Of a DNA stretch of 64,000 bases, positions 8,859 to 18,714 are shown in pieces. Every line of letters begins with the position of its first letter. Position 1 is the first letter of the stretch. The position numbers and the translations under genes were made by a program. Source of the DNA: Gammaproteobacteria bacterium. GTDB lineage: Bacteria > Pseudomonadota > Gammaproteobacteria > GCA-001735895. The notes beneath the pieces were generated by a model, which saw nothing but the letters and a program-made list of their open reading frames with translations, was not told where the DNA came from and made no database searches. The stretch covers positions 5,562 to 69,561 of the forward strand of contig JAAEMR010000105.1 of assembly GCA_024225395.1 (NCBI GenBank), written 5' to 3'.

Positions 8859-10865
8859 ATGCCATTTTTAAATTCGTTAATCACAATTGTTGTCCTGTTA
8901 ATATCCGGTTGTATCAATATGACCGGGAAACAGTCACCAGCAGCATCTTCTCTAAAAGGTATTGATATTTCAGGAATAAAATCTGATTTCAGTGGTAAGG
9001 AATATACGCTTCATTGTGATGCTGTGTTAAAACAGGCTAATGAGCAATTTACTCTTCTGGAGATGGATACTTCAGTGGCTACACTGGATTCCGTGATGGG
9101 GAAATACGACGAGTTGAGTATAGGATTACAAAGGATTGATCAAACCAGTTATTTAAAATCCGTACATCCGGATACCGGGCTACGTGAGTCAGCGATAAAA
9201 TGTTCCGAAAAATATTCTGAGTTTTATTCCCGGGTCGGTATGTCTCGACTTTTCTATGATCGACTTGCAGCCATAGATTTATCAGAGGTCACTGATGAAG
9301 AGAAGTTTATGGTTGAAAATTCGTTGCAGAGTTTTAGACGGGCAGGGGTTAATAAAGATGAGCCGACCCGTGAAAAAATTCGCCTGTTAAGAAAAGAAAT
9401 CAGTGTTACTGGTAACAAGTTTTCCAATAATATTCAGCAGGATGTGCGCTCGGTAAAAACGACCCTGGCAGGCTTAAAAGGTTTACCGGATGACTTCATA
9501 AAGTCACATCCTGCTGATGACCAGGGCGTTATTAGCATAACTACCAATTACCCGGATTACAGCCCTGTGATGAAATATGCAGAAGATGAAGATTTGCGCT
9601 TTAGATTACGTAAGGCTTTTCGCTCACGCGCTTACCCTGAAAATGAAAGTATATTAAAAGAGCTGTTAACCAAACGTTATCAACTGGCTCAATTACTCGG
9701 TTTTGATAACTGGGCCGAATACTCTATGAGTAACAAGATGATTGGTAACCCGGAGCAGGCGCGTGATTTTTTAACCACACTCGGTCAGGCACTCAAAGAG
9801 CCGGTGAAAAGAGAGCTAGAAGTAGAGTTGACTCAGCTTCAAAAAATTAAACCAGGTGCTGAGGTTGTTCAGATTTGGCAGGTTGGTTATTTGGATAACC
9901 TTATTCGAAAGCAGCAGTACCAACTGGATGCAAAAGAAGTCCGTGAGTATTTTTCATATCAGAATGTTCGTGATGGAATTTTTAAACTGACTGGAAGTTT
10001 GTTCGATGTTGAAATAAGACCCTGGAAAACACAAACCTGGCATGAAGATGTAGAGTCCTATGAAATTCTGGAGCAGGGTGAATTACTGGGCAGGTTCTAC
10101 CTCGATAGCCACCCACGTGAAGGTAAATATAAACATGCTGCACATTTCACCTTACGTTCCGGAATTAAAGACCTGCAAATTCCTCTATCTGCCCTGGCAC
10201 AAAATTTTCCTCAAGGGTTAATGGAACATGGCCAGGTAGAAACCTTCCTGCATGAGTTTGGACATTTGCTGCATAACATGTTTGCTGGAAAGCAGAAGTG
10301 GCTCGGGCAATCGGGTATGGGTGTCGAAAGAGATTTTGTAGAGGCTCCGTCGCAAATGCTGGAAGAGTGGGTGTGGGACTATGACACCTTAAAAACATTT
10401 GCTAAAAATCAACAAGGTGAAGTTATCCCGAAAACGCTGGTCGTAAAAATGAATAAAGCACGGAATTTTGGAAAAGCTACAAGTACTGCCTCTCAGTTGT
10501 ATCTTGCCAATTTGTCATTGAGTTTTTATGACCGCGATCCTGATAGTTTTGACCTAAAGACATTAACTCAACAATTATCTGCTGAGTTCAGTCCTTACCC
10601 TTTTATGGAAGGCAGTTGTTTTTATTGTAACTTTGGGCACTTGAGAGGATACACCTCGAACTATTATACATACCAGTGGTCACTGGCTATTGCTACGGAT
10701 ATGTTTTCCAGGTTTCAGAAAGAAGGCATGCACAATTCACAGGTTGCCAGGGAGTATAGAGAAAAAGTGTTGGCACCGGGAAGCAGTAAATCCGCGCGAC
10801 TCACGGTCACTGATTTTCTGGGTAGAGAGTTTTCTACGGAAGCCTATATAGCCAGCTTAAAATAA
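8859..10865 (+). CDS. M3 family Zn metallopeptidase (thimet oligopeptidase-like), probable lipoprotein
   Basis: FLHEFGHLLH zinc motif, DFVEAPSQMLEEW, FYLDSHPREGKY; N-terminal LISGC lipobox. Confidence 0.9.
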   Translation: MPFLNSLITIVVLLISGCINMTGKQSPAASSLKGIDISGIKSDFSGKEYTLHCDAVLKQANEQFTLLEMDTSVATLDSVMGKYDELSIGLQRIDQTSYLKSVHPDTGLRESAIKCSEKYSEFYSRVGMSRLFYDRLAAIDLSEVTDEEKFMVENSLQSFRRAGVNKDEPTREKIRLLRKEISVTGNKFSNNIQQDVRSVKTTLAGLKGLPDDFIKSHPADDQGVISITTNYPDYSPVMKYAEDEDLRFRLRKAFRSRAYPENESILKELLTKRYQLAQLLGFDNWAEYSMSNKMIGNPEQARDFLTTLGQALKEPVKRELEVELTQLQKIKPGAEVVQIWQVGYLDNLIRKQQYQLDAKEVREYFSYQNVRDGIFKLTGSLFDVEIRPWKTQTWHEDVESYEILEQGELLGRFYLDSHPREGKYKHAAHFTLRSGIKDLQIPLSALAQNFPQGLMEHGQVETFLHEFGHLLHNMFAGKQKWLGQSGMGVERDFVEAPSQMLEEWVWDYDTLKTFAKNQQGEVIPKTLVVKMNKARNFGKATSTASQLYLANLSLSFYDRDPDSFDLKTLTQQLSAEFSPYPFMEGSCFYCNFGHLRGYTSNYYTYQWSLAIATDMFSRFQKEGMHNSQVAREYREKVLAPGSSKSARLTVTDFLGREFSTEAYIASLK

Positions 10866-11354
10866 ACTTAGAAAGGGCTTTAATGAGTGAATTTAGAAGA
10901 ATTGAAGGTGGTTACATCGTAATTATGGTGTGATTTTAACTCTTGCCAGACAGATTCTGAACTGATGATCCTGTCATGATCCCGCTCTTTTGGTCTCTTA
11001 ATTGTTTTTGTTTGTTGAGTGTTATGCAGCTATAACTGAGAAGTAATCTGGCCTTCTGCCCATTTGGGTGCAACCCGGTTCCAGATTAAACGGAATTTGC
11101 TAAACAGTGATAAATTTCCAGTTTTAAAGATTGACATGACCCGTACAGACTAACTGTATATTTATGCGTAAATTTAATTATTTGGATCTGCATAAAACTC
11201 ATGTTGAGTAGGATTTTGCTGTCATTTCAACCCCTGGTTTTCTAACGGTGCGTCCCTGCATCACTTCTCCATCTAAATACATGACGGAATGATGTTTGAT
11301 TTGTTAAATGATTTGACGTTAAAAGCTTCACTAAATGCTTCAAACAAGTGATTA

Positions 11355-13001
11355 TTAGATTTCTTCAGCAATCATTGTAATTGCACCACAGGGGCATTCT
11401 GCCTCACACATGCCACAGCCTTTACAGTAGTCATATTTGAATTCAAAACCTTTTCCAACACCCAGTTTAGTGATGGCATTGTCCGGACAAATTCCATAGC
11501 AGTTATCACATTCAAAACAGTTGCCACAGGACATACAGCGCCTGGCTTCAAATTTGGCACTGTCCAGATCCAGGTCACCCACGACTTCTGAAAAACCGCT
11601 TTTGCGTCTGACGGATTCCAGGTAGGGTTGAACGGTTCTCGGAGCATCACTGTAGTACCAGGGTTCCATTTTATCGAAACTGGCGACTTCATTCTGTGGG
11701 ACGGGCTGCCAGGTTTGGTCATGTAACCAGGCATTGATGGTTCTGGCTGCTTTTTTACCGTGACCCAGAGCAGTGGTAACCGATCGTTGAGAGGGTACTG
11801 CATCACCGGCTGCGAAAATGCCTTGCTGAGCCGTTTGCATAATTTCGTCTATCTGTATGCTGTTGTTTTCAAAGTTAATCTGCGGGTTATTGTTTAATAT
11901 CTGCGCATCCACCAACTGACCAATGGCGAGCACGACCACATCGGCTTCTATGGTTTCATGTTCGCCTGTTTCTACGACTCTGGCTCTGCCAGAATAATAT
12001 TCTTCACTGGCCTTCAATAGTTCGAGAGTAATTTGATTGCCATTGATTGCTTTAATGGAGCGTAAACTGAGAATACTGGTGCCTTCTTCCAATGCTTCTT
12101 TTATTTCAAACTGGTGAGCTGACATATTATCCTGTTCGTAGCGACTAACCACGACGACATCCTGCGCACCCATGCGAACAGCGGTTCGAGCAACGTCCAT
12201 AGCCGAGTTACCACCACCATAGACTACAACCCTGCCAATTAACTGGTTACGCTTTTCTTCTTCGGTATCGCGTAATACTTTCAAGGCATCAAGAACAGGA
12301 ATAGTGGATTCACCTTCAAATTCTATATGATTGGATTTTTGCGCGCCGATACTGATTAAAACCGCGTTAAAGTTACCTTCTTCACGAGTTTTATCAATAT
12401 CGTTGATGCGATGCCTGAATTTGAATTCCACACCCATTTGTTCAATACGATAAATTTCGGCATTGAGTTTTTCTCTCGGAAGGCGATATTTTGGAATGCC
12501 ATAACGCAACATGCCGCCGGGTTTTTCTGATGCTTCGAAAACAGTGACCTGATGCCCGAACAAACGCAAATGATAGGCAGCAGCTAATCCGGCAGGGCCA
12601 GCGCCGATAATCATTACTTTTTTACCCGTGTCTGCGCCAGCGGTAAATTGCCAGTTGTTCACCAGACCCTGTTCACCGATAAAACGTTCAACGGAGTTAA
12701 TGCCGACGGGTAGATCGAGCTCACCACGATTGCATATATTTTCACAGGGGTGGTAGCAAACCCGTCCCATAATGGCAGGGAAGGGATTATCTTTAGTGAG
12801 TAATTCCCAGGCGGCTTTATAATTTTCTTCTTCGGTCAGGCTTAACCAGCCCTGGATATTTTCTCCACAGGGGCAGGCCTTATTGCAAGGTGGCATGCGG
12901 TTCACATACAGTGGCTTCATGCTACGCCAGCTACCGGTTTTATTCAGGTGGCTGGTACCTACATCCAGGGTGATGGCAAAGGGTTTATTTTGTTCAGTCA
13001 T
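11355..13001 (-). CDS. FAD/NAD(P)-dependent oxidoreductase (GltD/SudA-like) with C-terminal 2[4Fe-4S] PorD-like domain
   Basis: PPCNKACP and GRVCYHPCE Fe-S motifs, GAGPAG and GGGNSA nucleotide-binding motifs, C-terminal CFECDNCYGICP and CKGCGMCEAECP. Confidence 0.85.
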   Translation of the reverse strand: MTEQNKPFAITLDVGTSHLNKTGSWRSMKPLYVNRMPPCNKACPCGENIQGWLSLTEEENYKAAWELLTKDNPFPAIMGRVCYHPCENICNRGELDLPVGINSVERFIGEQGLVNNWQFTAGADTGKKVMIIGAGPAGLAAAYHLRLFGHQVTVFEASEKPGGMLRYGIPKYRLPREKLNAEIYRIEQMGVEFKFRHRINDIDKTREEGNFNAVLISIGAQKSNHIEFEGESTIPVLDALKVLRDTEEEKRNQLIGRVVVYGGGNSAMDVARTAVRMGAQDVVVVSRYEQDNMSAHQFEIKEALEEGTSILSLRSIKAINGNQITLELLKASEEYYSGRARVVETGEHETIEADVVVLAIGQLVDAQILNNNPQINFENNSIQIDEIMQTAQQGIFAAGDAVPSQRSVTTALGHGKKAARTINAWLHDQTWQPVPQNEVASFDKMEPWYYSDAPRTVQPYLESVRRKSGFSEVVGDLDLDSAKFEARRCMSCGNCFECDNCYGICPDNAITKLGVGKGFEFKYDYCKGCGMCEAECPCGAITMIAEEI

Positions 13002-13010
13002 GATGTGTCC

Positions 13011-14009
13011 CTAAAGCAGGTTGTAGCGTTTGATGTTTCTTTTGGCCAGCGCTCGAATAGAGGCCAGCTGGTGCTGATTCGCCGGTTTCAAGATATGTGA
13101 ATAACGACGTTGTAATTGCAGGTAATCCTCTACCGGTATTCGATAACGTATTTTTGTGGAGTCGGTTAAATCACCATTTTCTGCTTCAAATAATGGAATC
13201 AGGCCACACTCAACACCCATGCGAGCCAGCTTAATGGTTAGCGCCGGTTCACTGCCCCAGCCAAGAGGGCAGGGCACATTAATTTGAATGTAGCGTGCTC
13301 CACGATAAGTCATTGCCTTTTCAACTTTACGCTCAAGGTCGTGTAAGTCATGAACTGAAGCGGTAGCGACATAAGGAATTTCATGTGCCATTGCGATGGC
13401 AGGTAAAAATTTACCCGTATTAAATGAGCTGCCGGGGTTATCACCTACCGGCATGGTGGTGGATGTTCTGGCACCGCCAGGTGTAGCACTGGATCGCTGC
13501 ACGCCGGTATTCATGTATCCGCCGTTGTCATAACAGATATAAAGTACATCATCGTTGCGATCGAACATGCCGGACAGCGTAGCAAAACCGATATCGGTCG
13601 ACCCTCCGTCACCGCCCTGGGCTATGACCCGGGTTTCTGTATCGCCCTTGGCTTTAAGCGAAGCGGCAATGCCCGAGGCGACCGAAGCGACATTACCAAA
13701 TAAAGAATGTATCCACGGAATGTTCCAGGCAGTTTCCGGGTAAGGGGTGGTAAAAACTTCCAGGCAACCGGTTGCATTTGCGGCGATGATTTTATTGTTT
13801 GAAGCTCGCATTGCGGCATCCAGCGCATAACGTGCACCCAGTGCCTGACCACAACCCTGACATGCCCGATGACCGGAATCTATGGTGTTGCAACGTTCCT
13901 GAGTGGCCTGAACGGTACGGAAATCTTCTTCTAATAAACGGTTACCGACGGTGAAAGTTCCGGTTTGATAAAACTTTACCGTTTGATGGTTGGAATCCTG
14001 TTTAGCCAT
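13011..14009 (-). CDS. porB: 2-oxoacid (pyruvate):ferredoxin oxidoreductase beta subunit (TPP-binding)
   Basis: GHRACQGC, NATGCLEV, GGDGG...YDNGGYMNTGVQRS, PCPLGW. Confidence 0.85.
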   Translation of the reverse strand: MAKQDSNHQTVKFYQTGTFTVGNRLLEEDFRTVQATQERCNTIDSGHRACQGCGQALGARYALDAAMRASNNKIIAANATGCLEVFTTPYPETAWNIPWIHSLFGNVASVASGIAASLKAKGDTETRVIAQGGDGGSTDIGFATLSGMFDRNDDVLYICYDNGGYMNTGVQRSSATPGGARTSTTMPVGDNPGSSFNTGKFLPAIAMAHEIPYVATASVHDLHDLERKVEKAMTYRGARYIQINVPCPLGWGSEPALTIKLARMGVECGLIPLFEAENGDLTDSTKIRYRIPVEDYLQLQRRYSHILKPANQHQLASIRALAKRNIKRYNLL

Positions 14010-14044
14010 TTTTATAACTCTTTCATTGTCGTATTAGGATAGCT

Positions 14045-15301
14045 TTAATGTGTTTTAGATGCGGAAACCACACCCATGTCGCGTAGAATATTTTCAGCGG
14101 TTGATCCCGATGATGGCTCTGTTTGCTGTCGTTTTATTTCCTTCTCTACCGTTTCAAGATCCAGATCCATAAAGGTTTCATGTTCCAGTTCACCTTTTTT
14201 TGCCATTTCAACAATTTTCTTCAGTGATTTAACGGTTATGGTTCGACCACCCAGGCCTCCAATGATGGAGTTGATTTTTATGTGTAAACCATGGGTTGCC
14301 ATGTGAACTTCACTGGCCAGAATGCCACCCATACCGACCGCAAAACTTTTTTCAAATACGATAATCTGTTGTGCCGATTTTAATGCGTTGCGTATGGCTT
14401 TAATCGGAAAAGGTCGAAAAGAACGTAGGCTCAAGATGCCGATTGACTGTCCCTGTTCACGTAACTCTGATGTTAATGCCTGTAAGGTTCCAACGACAGA
14501 ACCCATGGCGACAAAAACGATATCAGAGTTTTCAGCATCGTAAGATTTAACCAGTCCACCAGAATCTCGATCGAATATCTTTTCAAACTGTTTAGCCTGT
14601 TTTTCGATTACGGTTAGTGCCTGTTGCTGTTTTTCATGCGCCAGGTAACGTACTTCGGTAAAGGCGTCAGGGCCGACCATCGCGCCTATGGTTAAAGCTG
14701 CCGAAGTGTCGAGTAATTGACGTGGAACAAAGGAGGGCAAAAACTCATCGACCTGTTGTTGATCGGGCATATCAACACGAGTGATTGCATGGGTCAGGAT
14801 AAATCCATCCATGTTGACCATCACCGGCAGGCTCAAAGCCTCGGCCAGTTTAAATGCCTGAATATGCACATCGATAGCCTGCTGATTATTCTCTACAAAC
14901 AACTGTATCCAGCCGGCATCACGCACCGACATGGCATCGGAATGATCATTCCAGATATTGATCGGCGCACCGATGGCTCTGTTTCCCAATGTCATGACGA
15001 TAGGTAGCCCCAGGCCGGATGCGTTATAAACGGCTTCCATCATATATAACAAACCCTGACTGGCGGTTGCGGTATAGCTGCGAGCACCGGCAGCTGAAGA
15101 GCCGATGCAAACACTCATGGCAGCAAATTCTGATTCTACATTCTCGTAGGTACATTTTTTTAATTCGCCACTTTTTACCAGCGTACTAAGGTGTTCAACA
15201 ATGTGTGTTTGTGGCGTTATCGGGTAACAAGGCACCACTTCGGGTCGGCACAGGGCAACGGCTTTGGCAACGGCTATGGAGCCACTAATTTGCATTAACA
15301 T
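14045..15301 (-). CDS. porA: 2-oxoacid (pyruvate):ferredoxin oxidoreductase alpha subunit
   Basis: YPITPQT, VESEFAA, TATASQGL, GLGGR motifs. Confidence 0.85.
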   Translation of the reverse strand: MLMQISGSIAVAKAVALCRPEVVPCYPITPQTHIVEHLSTLVKSGELKKCTYENVESEFAAMSVCIGSSAAGARSYTATASQGLLYMMEAVYNASGLGLPIVMTLGNRAIGAPINIWNDHSDAMSVRDAGWIQLFVENNQQAIDVHIQAFKLAEALSLPVMVNMDGFILTHAITRVDMPDQQQVDEFLPSFVPRQLLDTSAALTIGAMVGPDAFTEVRYLAHEKQQQALTVIEKQAKQFEKIFDRDSGGLVKSYDAENSDIVFVAMGSVVGTLQALTSELREQGQSIGILSLRSFRPFPIKAIRNALKSAQQIIVFEKSFAVGMGGILASEVHMATHGLHIKINSIIGGLGGRTITVKSLKKIVEMAKKGELEHETFMDLDLETVEKEIKRQQTEPSSGSTAENILRDMGVVSASKTH

Positions 15302-15303
15302 GT

Positions 15304-15885
15304 CTAAACTCCCCTTGCCTCTTGTAGTTTTTGCATAATCAAATTGTATCCGGCAGTGGTTGCGGTGATATTAGGTTTGGCGATTCGGCTGGGAAACTTA
15401 CCCATTATGGCTTTCTCCAGTGCAGGGATTTGAACCATTTGACTCATTGCAGCGAAGGCTCCGAGCAGTACGGTATTGGGCTTAGGTTGTTTGATGTATT
15501 TAAGTGCCAGTTCGGTTGCAGGGATAGCCATGACATGATGTGATGGAAATTGAGAAGTTACGTCTTCAATACCCAGCTCTTCAGCTGTTTTAGAGCTATT
15601 AATCAGCAGATATCCGTCGGTTTTAGCGCCTTCAAATACATCAATAGCATTAAACAGTGTCGGATCCTGAATGATCAACATATCCGGTTCCATCACGGGT
15701 TCGCGAATGGTGATAGCCCGGTCGCTGATTCGTGCAAAAGCCTGAACAGGTGCTCCCATGCGCTCAGAGCCAAAACTCGGAAATGACTGTGAATATTTGC
15801 CCTCTTCAAATGCAGCAACTGAAAGCAGTTCTGATGCAGAGACAACGCCCTGACCACCGCGCCCATGAATTCGGATCTGGAACAT
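15304..15885 (-). CDS. porC: 2-oxoacid (pyruvate):ferredoxin oxidoreductase gamma subunit
   Basis: IRIHGRGGQGVV and FPSFGSERMGAPV motifs. Confidence 0.85.
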   Translation of the reverse strand: MFQIRIHGRGGQGVVSASELLSVAAFEEGKYSQSFPSFGSERMGAPVQAFARISDRAITIREPVMEPDMLIIQDPTLFNAIDVFEGAKTDGYLLINSSKTAEELGIEDVTSQFPSHHVMAIPATELALKYIKQPKPNTVLLGAFAAMSQMVQIPALEKAIMGKFPSRIAKPNITATTAGYNLIMQKLQEARGV

Positions 15886-16053
15886 GATTTAGCCTGTTAA
15901 TTAGATGTTTTAGACTTTTATTTGATGACTGAAGTTTAGCAAAAAATAACTAGAGTACCTGACTATTTCACAGGATTCCTGATCGTTACAGTCACTAAGG
16001 TATTACAATTGTATTTGAATGATTAGTTTAAGCTGTAGAACTGGTCTTTAGAA

Positions 16054-16095
16054 ATGATTTAAGTCAATGGCTAGTGAACACAATTTGTTTAATAT
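16054..16095 (+). promoter_or_regulatory. Candidate FNR/CRP-family class II promoter of the napF-like/cbcL-like operon
   Basis: ATGAT-TTAA-GTCAA at 16054-16067 (8/10 FNR match), centred 29.5 bp upstream of TAATAT at 16090. Confidence 0.5.
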
Positions 16096-16131
16096 TCCTG
16101 TTCCATTCTATTTTTCTTACAGGTTTATATT

Positions 16132-16617
16132 TTGGTCTCTAGAAGACAAATATTGCAGGGCGTTTTATCGGGACATCGCGAACAGTTTTATCCGCCATGG
16201 TCAATAGCATCAGAAAAGTTTACTGAAAAATGTACTCGTTGTGATGACTGTATTAAAACTTGTCCGCAGAAAATTTTGCAAAGGAATGATGAGGGGTATC
16301 CCGTTGTTGATTACTCTTTGGCCGGGTGTACGTTTTGTACTGAATGTGCCAACGCCTGCAAAACAGGAAGCCTTTCCATGATGGAGTTCATCGGTGCTGA
16401 ACCATGGAATGTAAAGGCCGTTATTACCAAATTTTGTGTGAATTACAGTGGCACGATTTGCCAGATGTGTTCGTCTGGCTGTCAGTATAATGCAATAAAA
16501 TTTCGAGTTCATAGCGGTAATATGACACTGCCTGAAATTGACCTGGATGAGTGCAATGGCTGTGGTGATTGTTATCGAAGCTGCCCTAAACTGGCGATTG
16601 ATATAAAACCACATTAA
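16132..16617 (+). CDS. napF: NapF-like polyferredoxin
   Basis: SRR..L N-terminus, PPW..F...CTRCDDCIKTCP, CTFCTECANAC, C..C..CSSGC, CNGCGDCYRSCP; TTG start. Confidence 0.75.
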   Translation: MVSRRQILQGVLSGHREQFYPPWSIASEKFTEKCTRCDDCIKTCPQKILQRNDEGYPVVDYSLAGCTFCTECANACKTGSLSMMEFIGAEPWNVKAVITKFCVNYSGTICQMCSSGCQYNAIKFRVHSGNMTLPEIDLDECNGCGDCYRSCPKLAIDIKPH

Positions 16618-16743
16618 GTTTGAAATTTTATTGCTGGGGAAACTTGAACTACTGGCATTCGATAATCTGGAATTATTATTAAATATATCATGGGTATAAT
16701 CCTCGACAATAACCACATTACTATAAAATCTAAGGGTGCTGGT

Positions 16744-18708
16744 ATGCGTTTTCACCTTAAGGCTATTTCGGCCTTTCTCATCTATTTAATTCTGGGGTGC
16801 TTTATTTCTGCACCTGTCGTTGCTGAATCGGGCTCGAGTTCATCAGTACATAAGGTATTTAAATCTATTCCCAGTAAAAAATGTAACAAGTGTCATGATG
16901 ATGAAGACGATACAACATGGGAGTACGATGAAGGACCTTTAGCTGGTACCGAAAAAAATATCTATGTACCCTCTGAAATTATTGAAAACAGTGTACATGG
17001 CGAGCTAAATTGTAATGATTGTCACACCAATGTTTCTCTTAAAAGAAAGGAACATGCCGAGTACACTCCGGTCACAGTCAGTTGTATCAAGTGTCACAAG
17101 GAAAAGGTCGAAGCACAAAAAGACAATCCTGACCCGGAGTTTAAGCGTCTAAAAGTTGTCATGGAGCAGGTCGATAGCTATATGCATTCAGTGCATGCTC
17201 AACCCAGCATAAACGACCAGTCCAAAACTAATGCCAGCTGTTATGACTGCCATGAAGCGCATAATATAGGTACGCTTGGAAGTGAAGCTCGAGCTGAATA
17301 CCGTCTTAAAAATCCCGAAGTTTGTGGTCAATGTCATGAGGAGCAAAAACAGGCGTATGTGAGCTCGATTCATGGTAAAGAAGTGCTGGAAAAGAAAAAC
17401 AGCGAGGCGGCAGTTTGTTCTGATTGTCACACAGCACATAATATTGCAGCAACAGAAAAAGACAACACAAAGCTGAATATCACTCAAAACTGTGGAACTT
17501 GTCATGAAAAATCACTGGAGACTTATTTAACCTCCTATCACGGTCAGGTCAGTCGTTTGGGTTATGCGCACACTGCCAAGTGCTTTGATTGTCATGGTGG
17601 TCATGAAGTACAAAAAGTAGACGACCCTTCCTCTCAAATTCATAAAGATAACCGGCTCGAAACCTGTAACCGGTGTCATGAAGATGCGACGGAAGGATTT
17701 CTCAGTTTTAATGCGCATGGTGATGCCAATAATTTTGAAGCCTATCCATTTATTTATGTCACTACCAAGTTCATGCAGGCATTGATTATTGGTGTTTTCC
17801 TGTTCTTCTGGACCCACGTTATTTTATGGGGTTATCGAGAGTTTAGAGATCGTCAACAGGGTAAGGGCTATGTTCCTCCACTGACTGAGGATACGGTTTA
17901 TTTCAGGCGTTTTAGTCGAACATGGCGTGTACTGCACCTGTTGTTCGCGGTGAGTACAATGATATTGGCATTATCAGGTTCAACTTTGCTGTTCTCTCAT
18001 ACGGCCTGGGCACCTTTTATCATCGGCTTAATGGGCGGACCGGAAGTTGAGGCTATTATCCACCGCACTGCAGGTGTTACCTGGTTAAGTGTATTTATAA
18101 TTCACTTTGGCACGGTCATGTACAATATTGCATCGAACTATAAGTCTTTCCGCTGGTTTGGCCCCACATCCATGGTTCCGAACTGGCAGGATCTACGTGA
18201 TGTCGGTGCCATGTTTAGATGGTTCTTTGGCAAAAGTGAAAGACCGACTTTTGATCGTTGGTCCTACTGGCAGAAGTTTGATTACTGGGCGCCATTCTGG
18301 GGTGCTGGTATCATAGGCTTTAGCGGTATTATGTTGTTTGCACCCACGATAACAGCCGCTATATTACCTGGTTATGTGTTTAATATTGCGACCATTATTC
18401 ATCAGGAAGAGGCATTACTTGCCACCATATTCCTGTTCACTGTGCATTTCTTTAATGCGCATTTCAGGCCTGATAAATTTCCAATGAGTACAACAATATT
18501 TACCGGCTCGATACCTCTGGATGAATTTAAACATGAACATCAGTTGGAGTATGAACGACTTAAAGCCAGTGGTGAGCTTGAGAAGCATCTGGTGAAGAAG
18601 CCATCAAGACTGGTTAGAACAGGTTCTAACATGCTGGGCATTCTGCTAATTATGGCCGGCCTGACACTGTTGACGCTTGTTCTTATTGGTTATACAACTA
18701 TGCATTAG
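16744..18708 (+). CDS. Nine-haem cytochrome c fused to a cytochrome b membrane domain (CbcL-like)
   Basis: Nine CxxCH motifs (CNKCH, CNDCH, CIKCH, CYDCH, CGQCH, CSDCH, CGTCH, CFDCH, CNRCH), then an FdnI/HydC-like domain with conserved His residues and the QKFDYWAPFWG motif. ATG at 16744 precedes a signal peptide (ORF track start is 16690). Confidence 0.85.
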   Translation: MRFHLKAISAFLIYLILGCFISAPVVAESGSSSSVHKVFKSIPSKKCNKCHDDEDDTTWEYDEGPLAGTEKNIYVPSEIIENSVHGELNCNDCHTNVSLKRKEHAEYTPVTVSCIKCHKEKVEAQKDNPDPEFKRLKVVMEQVDSYMHSVHAQPSINDQSKTNASCYDCHEAHNIGTLGSEARAEYRLKNPEVCGQCHEEQKQAYVSSIHGKEVLEKKNSEAAVCSDCHTAHNIAATEKDNTKLNITQNCGTCHEKSLETYLTSYHGQVSRLGYAHTAKCFDCHGGHEVQKVDDPSSQIHKDNRLETCNRCHEDATEGFLSFNAHGDANNFEAYPFIYVTTKFMQALIIGVFLFFWTHVILWGYREFRDRQQGKGYVPPLTEDTVYFRRFSRTWRVLHLLFAVSTMILALSGSTLLFSHTAWAPFIIGLMGGPEVEAIIHRTAGVTWLSVFIIHFGTVMYNIASNYKSFRWFGPTSMVPNWQDLRDVGAMFRWFFGKSERPTFDRWSYWQKFDYWAPFWGAGIIGFSGIMLFAPTITAAILPGYVFNIATIIHQEEALLATIFLFTVHFFNAHFRPDKFPMSTTIFTGSIPLDEFKHEHQLEYERLKASGELEKHLVKKPSRLVRTGSNMLGILLIMAGLTLLTLVLIGYTTMH

Positions 18709-18714
18709 GGCAGT

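Noticed and set aside
10866-11354. ~490-bp gap between convergent genes as a possible ncRNA or small gene
   Set aside because: No convincing ORF with an RBS, tRNA fold or recognisable RNA motif found by eye; an Rfam search would be needed
15954-15980. Possible IscR/Rrf2 site upstream of porC (TACCTGACTATTTCACAGGAT)
   Set aside because: The CCTG-CAGG spacing is 9 bp versus 11 bp in the iscR-proximal site; too weak to call
16210-16755. 181-aa minus-strand ORF
   Set aside because: Antisense to the well-supported napF-like gene; no motif support
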